DNA of 64,000 nucleotides from a bacterium (GTDB lineage Bacteria; Bacillota_I; Bacilli_A; RFN20; CAG-826): NCBI GenBank assembly GCA_963616935.1, contig CAVEMS010000001.1, positions 33,273 to 97,272 of the forward strand, read 5' to 3'. Shown piece by piece: positions 56,496 to 64,000 of this stretch (position 1 is its first letter; each line of letters starts with the position of its first letter). The notes under the pieces were generated by a model. It saw only the letters and a program-made list of their open reading frames with translations, ran no database searches and was not told where the DNA came from. The position numbers and the translations under genes were made by a program.

Positions 56496-58361
56496 ATGAA
56501 AAAGAAAATCGTTTTGTGTTTTGGTTTATCGCTTATGACGTTATTGAGCGCTTGCAATTCCCAAGGCGTCGAAGGGCCGAAAGGCGATCCTGGAGAACAG
56601 GGCGAGCCGGGACTGAATGGATCTGACGGCAAAGATGGCCTAGATGGATCAAAAATCTACACGGGCGTAACGAATCCAAACGACTCGCTTGGCGTCGAAG
56701 GGGATATCTACATCAATACTTCGACCGGCGATATATACACGAAGGGCGCATCTTCTTGGGGAAATGTCGTCGGGAACGTCAAAGGGGATACGGGATCGGA
56801 CGGCGTTTCGATCATAGATGCGTATATCGATGGCGACGGTTATCTCGTCTGCGAGATGAGCGACGGCAGAACGATTAAGGCTGGTAAGGTGAAAGATACG
56901 ACGAAATACAAAGTCGAATTTTATTTCAAGGACATTTTGGTCGACACCAGGGAGAACGTCGTTAGCGGAAGCAAGATCGAGCCTCCGAGCTCAACCATCC
57001 TTCCGGTCGGATACACCGTAGACTATTGGTTCGTAAAAGAAAATGGATTGGAATCGCCATGGGCTTTCAGCGGTTGCACCGTCACAAGCGATTTGAAACT
57101 ATACGCCCATTATGTTGCCAATTCGTACACCATCACTTTGGATTCGAATGGCGGAGACGAATATGATCCGATCATGGTCGAATATTGCGGCCCAGTTTCC
57201 TTGCCAACGCCCTCGAAAGCGGGTTATGCGTTTGATTATTGGGCGTTATCCTCTTCGCCGGATGAAGCGTACACGGACGCTACGTACACTTTTACGTGCG
57301 ATATCGCTTTGATGGCTCATTGGTCTGTGGTTTTACAGACATTGACGGTTGCTAGTGCTGATAACGACAAGGGCACGGCCACCATCGTTTCCGGCGCTGG
57401 TTATACCGATGAATCAATCGTCATTCAGGCTGAGCCCAAGAACGGCTATCTTTTTGCCGGCTGGTATAAGGGCGATGAACTTCTTGCCTACGAGAGCAAG
57501 TATACTTTCACGATGCCGGCTGAGAGCTACGCCATAACGGCGAAATTCGTCGTCAATCCCGTCCCTGTCATCGATTCCGAAAGCAAGACGGTGACATATG
57601 GGTTATATCCTCAGACACACGTGAGCAACACATCGCTAATTAATTCGCTTAACGCTTTGACGGAGACTACATCCAATGGTTGGTATCTATATGATGGCAA
57701 TTATTACGTCAAAGTGACCGCCTCGCCAAACGAATCCGGATATACCTTTAGCGATGGCACCACAATCTATAACAAAACGGATTATTGGTTCGAGTGCAAA
57801 CCGATAACCTGGAAGATACTGGCGATGAACGACGATGAATACACGTTGGTATCGACGGTTTTATTGGATAAGCACAATTTCTATGGCGCTAATGGAGATA
57901 GAACGGTCGATGGGGAAACGATATATGCGAACGATTATCAATATAGCGATATCCGTTCTTGGCTCAATGGCTCCTTCTATAGTAATGCGTTTAGCTTGAA
58001 TAGCGCCTATGTCGAAACCATTGAAGTCAATAATGCTGCGTCTACCACCCAATCGTCCTCGACCGAATATGCTTGCGAGAACACGAACGATAATGTCTAT
58101 CTTTTAAGTTATAGAGACTATTGCAATAGCGGCTACGGCTTCGTGAATGATGCCGCCAGGCAGTGCAAACCGACTGATTATGCCAAAGCAGTTGGGGTCT
58201 ATTGCAAAGGCGGCTACGGCTCTTATTTCACCCGTTCGCCAGATGATTCCTACTCTTATCTATCGGCTGTTGTCACTTATGCTGGTGATTTCCAAAGCGT
58301 GAATGTCGCTTCTGGCAGTCACGGCGTTCGTCCGAGCATCACTTTGAAGATCGGTCAATAG
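56496..58361 (+). CDS. Surface lipoprotein with N-terminal collagen-like Gly-X-Y run, three Listeria-Bacteroides repeats and a C-terminal domain ending in GVRPSITL
   Basis: Lipobox LMTLLSACNSQG, then nine consecutive G-X-Y triplets (GPKGDPGEQGEPGLNGSDGKDGLDGSK). Repeat motifs GYTVDYWFV...LYAHY, GYAFDYWAL...LMAHW and GYLFAGWYK...ITAKF. Confidence 0.7.
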   Translation: MKKKIVLCFGLSLMTLLSACNSQGVEGPKGDPGEQGEPGLNGSDGKDGLDGSKIYTGVTNPNDSLGVEGDIYINTSTGDIYTKGASSWGNVVGNVKGDTGSDGVSIIDAYIDGDGYLVCEMSDGRTIKAGKVKDTTKYKVEFYFKDILVDTRENVVSGSKIEPPSSTILPVGYTVDYWFVKENGLESPWAFSGCTVTSDLKLYAHYVANSYTITLDSNGGDEYDPIMVEYCGPVSLPTPSKAGYAFDYWALSSSPDEAYTDATYTFTCDIALMAHWSVVLQTLTVASADNDKGTATIVSGAGYTDESIVIQAEPKNGYLFAGWYKGDELLAYESKYTFTMPAESYAITAKFVVNPVPVIDSESKTVTYGLYPQTHVSNTSLINSLNALTETTSNGWYLYDGNYYVKVTASPNESGYTFSDGTTIYNKTDYWFECKPITWKILAMNDDEYTLVSTVLLDKHNFYGANGDRTVDGETIYANDYQYSDIRSWLNGSFYSNAFSLNSAYVETIEVNNAASTTQSSSTEYACENTNDNVYLLSYRDYCNSGYGFVNDAARQCKPTDYAKAVGVYCKGGYGSYFTRSPDDSYSYLSAVVTYAGDFQSVNVASGSHGVRPSITLKIGQ

Positions 58362-58478
58362 GCGCCATATTTAGCAAACGCCTCATGCGATCGACCGTTT
58401 ATCGCGTCTCTTTCCGTCACCTTATGGAGGAAAGCCCCTTCTTATGTTATAATCCCCGGCGCGTAGGAGCGAGTCATT

Positions 58479-59558
58479 ATGGAAAGCAGCATGAGAAAGA
58501 GGCTAGAGGCCATTGAGAAAAGATTTTTGGAGATAGAGGAAGAACTCGCTAAGCCGGAAATCGAAGAAGATATCGCAAAACTCACTTCTTTAAGCAAGGA
58601 AAGGGCGTCTTTGGAAGAGGCCTATGAATCTTTCACGAAATACAAAAAGATGGAAGAAGAGTTCCAAGAGGCTCTTGAAGCGTCGTCCGCAAGCGATCCG
58701 GAGATGGCTGAGCTCATGAAAGAGGAGAAAAAGAGATTGGAAGGCGAGATGGCCTCGATGGAAGAAGGACTCAGAACCAAGCTTCTTCCAGCCGATCCAA
58801 ACGATCATAAGAACATCATCGTCGAAATCCGGGGTGCCGTCGGCGGCGACGAAGCCAACATCTTCGCCGGGGATTTGCTAAGGATGTATACGCGTTTCGC
58901 CGAGACGCAAGGCTGGAAGATCCAATTCATCGACGGAGAAGAAGGATCGGCTGGCGGATATTCCTACGTTTCCTTCATGGTCAAAGGGGAAAACGTCTAT
59001 TCCAAACTGAAATTCGAAAGCGGAGCGCACCGCGTCCAACGCGTTCCAAAGACGGAAGCGAGCGGCCGAATCCATACTTCCACGGCGACGGTTTTGGTGA
59101 TGCCCGAAGCGGAAGAGGTCGATGTTAAAATCAACCCCGCCGATTTAAAGATCGATACCTATCGTTCGCAAGGCGCTGGCGGGCAAAACGTCAATAAGAC
59201 CGAAAGCGCAGTCCGCGTCACCCATTTGCCGACCGGCATCGTCGTAAGTTGCCAGACCGAGAAAGCGCAGCTCCAAAACAAGGAAATCTGCATGCGGATG
59301 ATTCGCGCGAAAGTGCAGGATTTCTACCAATCTCAGCAAGACGACGCTCGGGCATCGGAAAGAAAACTCAAGGTCGGAACTGGTGAAAGAAGCGAGAAAA
59401 TCAGAACTTATAACTATCCGCAAAACCGTGTGACCGATCATAGAATCGGTTATACGACTAATACCCTCGATCGCGTGATGGAAGGCGATTTGGAGCCCCT
59501 TATCGAAGCGCTTATCCATTTCGACCAAGAGCAGAAATTGCTCGAAGGCGACAAATGA
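58479..59558 (+). CDS. prfA: Peptide chain release factor 1
   Basis: GGQ motif (QGAGGQNVNKTESAVRVTHLPTG) and PxT region. AGGAGCG RBS. Confidence 0.9.
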   Translation: MESSMRKRLEAIEKRFLEIEEELAKPEIEEDIAKLTSLSKERASLEEAYESFTKYKKMEEEFQEALEASSASDPEMAELMKEEKKRLEGEMASMEEGLRTKLLPADPNDHKNIIVEIRGAVGGDEANIFAGDLLRMYTRFAETQGWKIQFIDGEEGSAGGYSYVSFMVKGENVYSKLKFESGAHRVQRVPKTEASGRIHTSTATVLVMPEAEEVDVKINPADLKIDTYRSQGAGGQNVNKTESAVRVTHLPTGIVVSCQTEKAQLQNKEICMRMIRAKVQDFYQSQQDDARASERKLKVGTGERSEKIRTYNYPQNRVTDHRIGYTTNTLDRVMEGDLEPLIEALIHFDQEQKLLEGDK

Positions 59559-60403
59559 TGCATACCATCGGCGAAGCCATTAAGGAGATGCATTCTCTAT
59601 ATAAGGAAAAAGGCGTCACGGCGCAGGATCTCCGTTTTTTGGTGATGAATAACGAAGGATACCAAGAGCCCATAGACGTTCTTTTCGCCAAAGACAAAGA
59701 GATGAAGAAATACGATTTGTTCGTTGAGCAAGCAAAAAGGCTGGCGAATAACGAACCCGTCGAATATATCGTCGGAACGGCCTCCTTTTTAAGGCATCAG
59801 CTAAAGGTCAATGGAGACGTCCTTATCCCGCGTGGAGAAACGGAAGAACTCGTCTCTTTGATCAGCGAGAAAGTTAGCGAATTCTATAACCCCAAGAATT
59901 ATTTGGTGGTCGGAGATATCGGCACCGGAAGCGGATGCATACCGATCGGTATCCACGATAACTTCCCAAATTGGCTCCTTGTCGCCTCGGATATCTCTTC
60001 AAAGGCCATGGATGTGGCGAAGGAGAATTTCGAGAAGGAGGGTATCCACGTCCAAACGCTTATAGGCGACGCACTAGAGCCGTATATCGAGAACAAGATC
60101 AATCTCGACATCATCGTCTCGAATCCTCCATATATCCTTTCGAAGGAAGACGCTCAGGAAAGCGTGCGCGATTATGAGCCTGCAAGCGCCTTGTGGATGG
60201 AGAAAGGCAAGAGCGTTTACGAATCCATTTTCCGCGATTATAAGAAGGTAAAGAAGGGGGCTTTGACGATGTTTTTTGAAATTTCGCCCGATTTGGAGCC
60301 TTGGTTAATCGAGATAATGGGCGAGTATTTGGAAGACTATGATTATTCCTTCCACAAAGACTTGAATGGCGATACGAGATTCTTGATCGTCGATTTGAAA
60401 TAG
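59555..60403 (+). CDS. prmC: Release factor glutamine N5-methyltransferase PrmC (HemK)
   Basis: VLIPRGETEEL, GDIGTGSGCI (SAM binding) and SNPPYI (NPPY) motifs. ATGA overlap with prfA. Confidence 0.85.
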   Translation: MMHTIGEAIKEMHSLYKEKGVTAQDLRFLVMNNEGYQEPIDVLFAKDKEMKKYDLFVEQAKRLANNEPVEYIVGTASFLRHQLKVNGDVLIPRGETEELVSLISEKVSEFYNPKNYLVVGDIGTGSGCIPIGIHDNFPNWLLVASDISSKAMDVAKENFEKEGIHVQTLIGDALEPYIENKINLDIIVSNPPYILSKEDAQESVRDYEPASALWMEKGKSVYESIFRDYKKVKKGALTMFFEISPDLEPWLIEIMGEYLEDYDYSFHKDLNGDTRFLIVDLK

Positions 60404-60405
60404 GT

Positions 60406-61011
60406 ATGGCTATGAACGATTGGAACGATTACAAGGAAGCGGCAAACGAATTAAAAAACGGAAGGCTTGTTACCTTCCCGACCGAGACCGTTTACGGAGT
60501 TGGTTGTGTCTTTGACGACGAGGCTGCTTATAAGTCGCTAGTGGAACTAAAGAAGAGACCGCCGAATAAACCGATATCGATGATGTCCGATTCATTAGAA
60601 ACGGTCATGCCGTATTTGGATTCCTCCGATAAGGTCCTTGCTGTTTTGAGGCATTTTCTTCCTGGTGAATACACTTTCCTTTTAAAGTCCAAGCCCGACT
60701 TATATTCGTGGGTCACCTTGGACACCGGCGTTTTGGGACTTCGCGTGCCTGCTAGTGAAGAAGTGAGGAAGATGCTTAGAGAAGTCGGGAAGCCCGCTTT
60801 GGTGACAAGCGCCAACATATCTGGCGAGCCGACAGCGAGAAGATATCAAGATCTCAGTCCGGTTTTCTTGGAAAAAACTTTCGTGATCGATGGTGAATGC
60901 GTCTCGCAAGTTGCGTCCACGATCATTGATTTGTCTAATGGGGATCCAAGATTGATTCGACAAGGCCAAGCCTCTTTTGAAGACGTTTTGGAATATTGGA
61001 AGGAAAATTGA
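60406..61011 (+). CDS. tsaC: L-threonylcarbamoyladenylate synthase (YrdC/TsaC family)
   Basis: FPTETVYGVGCV...KRPPNKPISMM, the YrdC fold. Conserved position after prfA-prmC. Confidence 0.8.
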   Translation: MAMNDWNDYKEAANELKNGRLVTFPTETVYGVGCVFDDEAAYKSLVELKKRPPNKPISMMSDSLETVMPYLDSSDKVLAVLRHFLPGEYTFLLKSKPDLYSWVTLDTGVLGLRVPASEEVRKMLREVGKPALVTSANISGEPTARRYQDLSPVFLEKTFVIDGECVSQVASTIIDLSNGDPRLIRQGQASFEDVLEYWKEN

Positions 61012-61202
61012 GAATCTTGTGTCCTCTCTATTTATATTCGGCGGAAATCCATCGTTTTTCTTTGTTCAAAGTCGCCAAAAATTGAAAAAACCTCGCAAAT
61101 CTCCAATGAATCGCATCGATTAGCGATTTATTTAGCGTTTTTCGTTGGCTCTTCCACAAAAACCCGATAAGTGCTAATCTTTTCTTTAGGAAGAAAAGGA
61201 TT

Positions 61203-61499
61203 ATGAAAACCATCGATAAAGAAGTATTGAAAGACGCAGCGAATAGACTTCTTTTCACGATGTCGGATTCGGAATACGACACCTTGGAAAAAGAATTCGC
61301 GATTTTGACAAAGCAGATGAAGAAGATAGCGGAAATTGAAGGGGTCGACGATTATGAGCCGATGACTTTCCCTTTCCCTTGTGAAACGTCGTTTTTAAGG
61401 GAAGACGAGGTCGAAGATACCTTGCCTCGTGAGGAAGCTCTTAAGAGCGCCGGCAATAAGCAAGACAACCAAATCAAGTTGCCAAAGGTGGTGTTATGA
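61203..61499 (+). CDS. gatC: Asp-tRNA(Asn)/Glu-tRNA(Gln) amidotransferase subunit C
   Basis: 98 aa. REDEVEDTLPREEALKSAGNKQDNQIKLPKVV matches the GatC C-terminal pattern. Overlaps the start of gatA. Confidence 0.75.
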   Translation: MKTIDKEVLKDAANRLLFTMSDSEYDTLEKEFAILTKQMKKIAEIEGVDDYEPMTFPFPCETSFLREDEVEDTLPREEALKSAGNKQDNQIKLPKVVL

Positions 61500-62968
61500 T
61501 GAATTATTTGGATTTGCCATTGAAAGAACTGCATGCCGCTTTAGTGGCTAAAGAAGTTACTCCTTTAGAGCTCGCCAAAGAGGCGATAAAAAGAGCGAAG
61601 GAAGATAATAACAACGCTTTCGAATACATCGATGAGAATGGGGCGATCGAATTCGCCAAGACTTTGACCGAGCCCGAAGCCGATAATCCTTTGTGGGGTA
61701 TCCCATATTTCGCCAAAGACAACTTCAGCACCAAAGGGATTCCCTCAACAGCGTCTAGCAATATCCTAAATGGTTATGTTCCCGTTTATGACGCCACGGT
61801 CATAAGAAAGCTAAAAGATAAAAAGGCTGTTTTGCTTGGGAAGACGACTCTTGATGAGCTTGCGATGGGCGGAACCGGAACGACTGGCCACTTGGGACGC
61901 ACGTATAATCCCTTCGATCCGAGCCACAAGGTCCAAGTCGGCGGATCAAGCTGCGGCAGTGCCGCCGCCGTATCCGCTTCGATCGTGCCTTTTGCCCTCG
62001 GTAGCGACACTGGCGATTCGGTCAGGAAACCGGCTTCGCTTGCGGGACTTGTCGGCATCAAACCAACATGGGGGAGAATCAGTCGCTATGGGCTATTCCC
62101 GTTTGCGCCATCCCTCGACTCCGTCGGCTATTTTAGCCGCGATGTGTATGCCTCGGCCGCGATATTATCCATTTTGGCGGGTCGCGACGAGCACGATAGC
62201 ACTTCGAGCAACAAGGACATCCAAGATTACGTTTTAGCGACTTCGGCCTCTCCGAAAGGGCTCAAGGTTGCCGTCATAAAAGAGATAATCGAGAACATTT
62301 CCGACAAGACGCTTCTATCGGCTTTCGATAAATCCGTCGAAAAGATGAAAGAGGAAGGAATTACCGTCGAATATGTGTCCTTCCCGAAGGATCTCCTCGA
62401 AAGCGTCTATCCGACCTATATGGTCATTAGCTGCGCCGAAGCCACGAGCAACGATGCTAACTTAGATGGCATCAAATTTGGCCCATATCGCGGCGGCAAC
62501 ACCTATCAAGAAGTGATGTTCAACGCCCGTAACCAAGGATTCAGCGAACTTATTAAAAGGCGCTTTGTCATCGGCAGCTATTGCCTTATGAAGGAAAACC
62601 AGGACGAGCTTTTCTTGAGGGCGCAAAAGGTCCGCGCAAAAATCGTGAAGGAATTAAACGATATTCTTTCCGATTATGACTTCATCTATTTGCCTGCTGC
62701 CCCAAGCGTGGCGCCTGCTTTCGAACAAAGCAGCGATCGCCTTAGCGATGAATATCTGATTGCCGACAACCATTTGGCTTTGGGCAATTTCGCCGGTTTG
62801 CCTTCGATTACTTTGCCATTAACGATGGAAAACGGCTTGCCGCTAGGCATCAATTTCACTGGCCGAGCGTATGAAGAAGACAAATTGTTCACGATTGCCT
62901 CCGCATTCGAGAAGATAAGCGGTTTGGCCGAATTAAGCGCACTCAACGAAAAGGAGGGCAATTTATGA
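61496..62968 (+). CDS. gatA: Glutamyl-tRNA(Gln) amidotransferase subunit A
   Basis: Amidase signature (GGSSCGSAAAVSASIVPFALGSDTGDSVRKPA). Confidence 0.9.
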   Translation: MMNYLDLPLKELHAALVAKEVTPLELAKEAIKRAKEDNNNAFEYIDENGAIEFAKTLTEPEADNPLWGIPYFAKDNFSTKGIPSTASSNILNGYVPVYDATVIRKLKDKKAVLLGKTTLDELAMGGTGTTGHLGRTYNPFDPSHKVQVGGSSCGSAAAVSASIVPFALGSDTGDSVRKPASLAGLVGIKPTWGRISRYGLFPFAPSLDSVGYFSRDVYASAAILSILAGRDEHDSTSSNKDIQDYVLATSASPKGLKVAVIKEIIENISDKTLLSAFDKSVEKMKEEGITVEYVSFPKDLLESVYPTYMVISCAEATSNDANLDGIKFGPYRGGNTYQEVMFNARNQGFSELIKRRFVIGSYCLMKENQDELFLRAQKVRAKIVKELNDILSDYDFIYLPAAPSVAPAFEQSSDRLSDEYLIADNHLALGNFAGLPSITLPLTMENGLPLGINFTGRAYEEDKLFTIASAFEKISGLAELSALNEKEGNL

Positions 62969-64000
62969 ATTTCGAAGCGGTCATTGGCCTTGAAATACAC
63001 GTCGAAATGAAGACGAAATCGAAGATGTTTTCGTCTGCTCCAGTTGGTTTTTCAAAGGATCCGAACATCAATATCGCGCCTTTGGATATGGCTTTCCCCG
63101 GCACGATGCCGGTCGTCAACAAACAAGCCGTCATCAATGCCATACGCGTCGCGAATGCGTTACATATGGAGATCGATCCGCTTGTGCGATTCGATAGGAA
63201 AAACTATTTCTATAGCGACTTGCCGAAAGGCTTCCAAATCACGCAGCAATTTCATCCAATAGGCCGTAACGGATACCTATATGTCGATACCCCAAAAGGA
63301 AAGAAGAAGATAGGCATCGAACGCATCCATATGGAAGAGGATACCTGCAAACAGGAACACTTTTTGGACTACACATTGTTGGATTATAACCGCGCTGGTG
63401 TCCCACTAGTCGAGATCGTCTCGCTTCCAGAGATTTCTAACGGCAGCGAGGCCAGAGAATACGCCGAGGCGATCAGAAATATCGTTCTTTATAGCGGAAC
63501 CTCGGATGGCAAGATGGAAGAAGGATCCTTACGTTGCGATACCAACGTATCCATCCGCCCGTATGGCCAAAAGGAATTCGGGACGAAGGTCGAGATAAAG
63601 AACATTAACTCATTCAAGAACATCGAAGCGGCCATCGATTATGAGATAGAAAGACAATCGAAGGCGATTCTTATGGGTGAGGCGATACGTCAGGAAACCA
63701 GGCGTTTCGACGAATCGAGCGGGAAGACGGTCTTGATGCGTGTTAAGACCGACGCCGTCGATTACAAGTATTTCCCTGAACCGAATATAACTCCTATCTC
63801 CCTAAGCGAAGACTTTATTCGTAACGCCATAGAAACATGCCCTGAGCTATATGACGCCAAGATGGAAAAATATCTCAAAGGTGGCTTATCGAAGACCGAC
63901 TCCGAAATCATATTGGCCAATCCCGATATGGCGTCATTCTTTGAAAAAGGAATGAATAAAGTCAAGAATTGCAAGGATTTTGCGAATTTCATGATCGTTG
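62965..64000 (+). CDS. gatB: Aspartyl/glutamyl-tRNA(Asn/Gln) amidotransferase subunit B, truncated at its 3' end by the window edge
   Basis: MNFEAVIGLEIHVEMKTKSKMFS...NYFYSDLPKGFQITQQ. AAGGAGGG RBS, and an ATGA overlap with the gatA stop. Confidence 0.85.
   Translation, partial: MNFEAVIGLEIHVEMKTKSKMFSSAPVGFSKDPNINIAPLDMAFPGTMPVVNKQAVINAIRVANALHMEIDPLVRFDRKNYFYSDLPKGFQITQQFHPIGRNGYLYVDTPKGKKKIGIERIHMEEDTCKQEHFLDYTLLDYNRAGVPLVEIVSLPEISNGSEAREYAEAIRNIVLYSGTSDGKMEEGSLRCDTNVSIRPYGQKEFGTKVEIKNINSFKNIEAAIDYEIERQSKAILMGEAIRQETRRFDESSGKTVLMRVKTDAVDYKYFPEPNITPISLSEDFIRNAIETCPELYDAKMEKYLKGGLSKTDSEIILANPDMASFFEKGMNKVKNCKDFANFMIV

Noticed and set aside
61028-61282. 84-aa minus-strand ORF in the tsaC-gatC intergenic region
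   Set aside because: It overlaps the gatC start and RBS on the opposite strand, has a hydrophobic low-complexity composition, and no RBS.
1-64000. CRISPR arrays, IS elements or transposases, integrases, tRNA or rRNA genes
   Set aside because: No regularly spaced direct repeats, no terminal inverted repeats flanking a transposase-like ORF, and no tRNA-like T-loop (GGTTCGAATCC) or rRNA signatures were seen on either strand.
1-64000. Alternative genetic code (UGA=Trp, Mycoplasma-type)
   Set aside because: Many long, well-conserved genes (tmk, recR, gatA, prfA) end at TGA or TAA with proper downstream features. Conserved Trp positions are encoded by TGG. No in-frame TGA interrupts any recognisable gene.

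Overview
This is a 64 kb chromosomal window from a low-GC, lipoprotein-rich bacterium that uses the standard genetic code. Gene order and protein style resemble Firmicutes or Tenericutes (Erysipelotrichia- or Acholeplasma-like); that placement is inference. Three conserved housekeeping blocks are confidently recognisable: dnaX-ybaB-recR-tmk-holB-ricT(yaaT)-rsmI on the minus strand, prfA-prmC-tsaC, and gatC-gatA-gatB (3' partial), most joined by ATGA or 4-nt overlaps. The rest is accessory-like. A 5'-partial peptide-ABC binding lipoprotein and several large lipoproteins of unknown function sit at the left end, followed by an M6-type HExxHxxGxxD zinc-metalloprotease lipoprotein. Next come an AlbA_2/HATPase/HTH regulator with GCAAGCGATAA repeats upstream, then an hsp20 gene with a sigma-A promoter and a near-perfect CIRCE operator. 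A putrescine module follows, in which arginine decarboxylase is fused to agmatine deiminase ahead of aguB. Next to it is mntP. Two GH2 glycosidases and an AraC regulator flank a roughly 10.8 kb six-gene minus-strand operon, which encodes a sugar-ABC binding protein, two permeases but no ATPase, and three large secreted proteins of unknown function. Paralogues of two of those secreted proteins lie nearby; one (22380..24671) has a roughly 0.9 kb 5' segment of much higher GC content. Also present are a four-gene overlapping operon led by a short MalK-like ATPase, a DUF1538 membrane protein followed by a tandem PII-like protein and YfhO, and a collagen-like lipoprotein with Listeria-Bacteroides repeats. 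A GC-rich, self-complementary roughly 200-nt intergenic element at 18410..18610 may be a structured RNA. No CRISPR array, rRNA, tRNA or obvious mobile element was seen.
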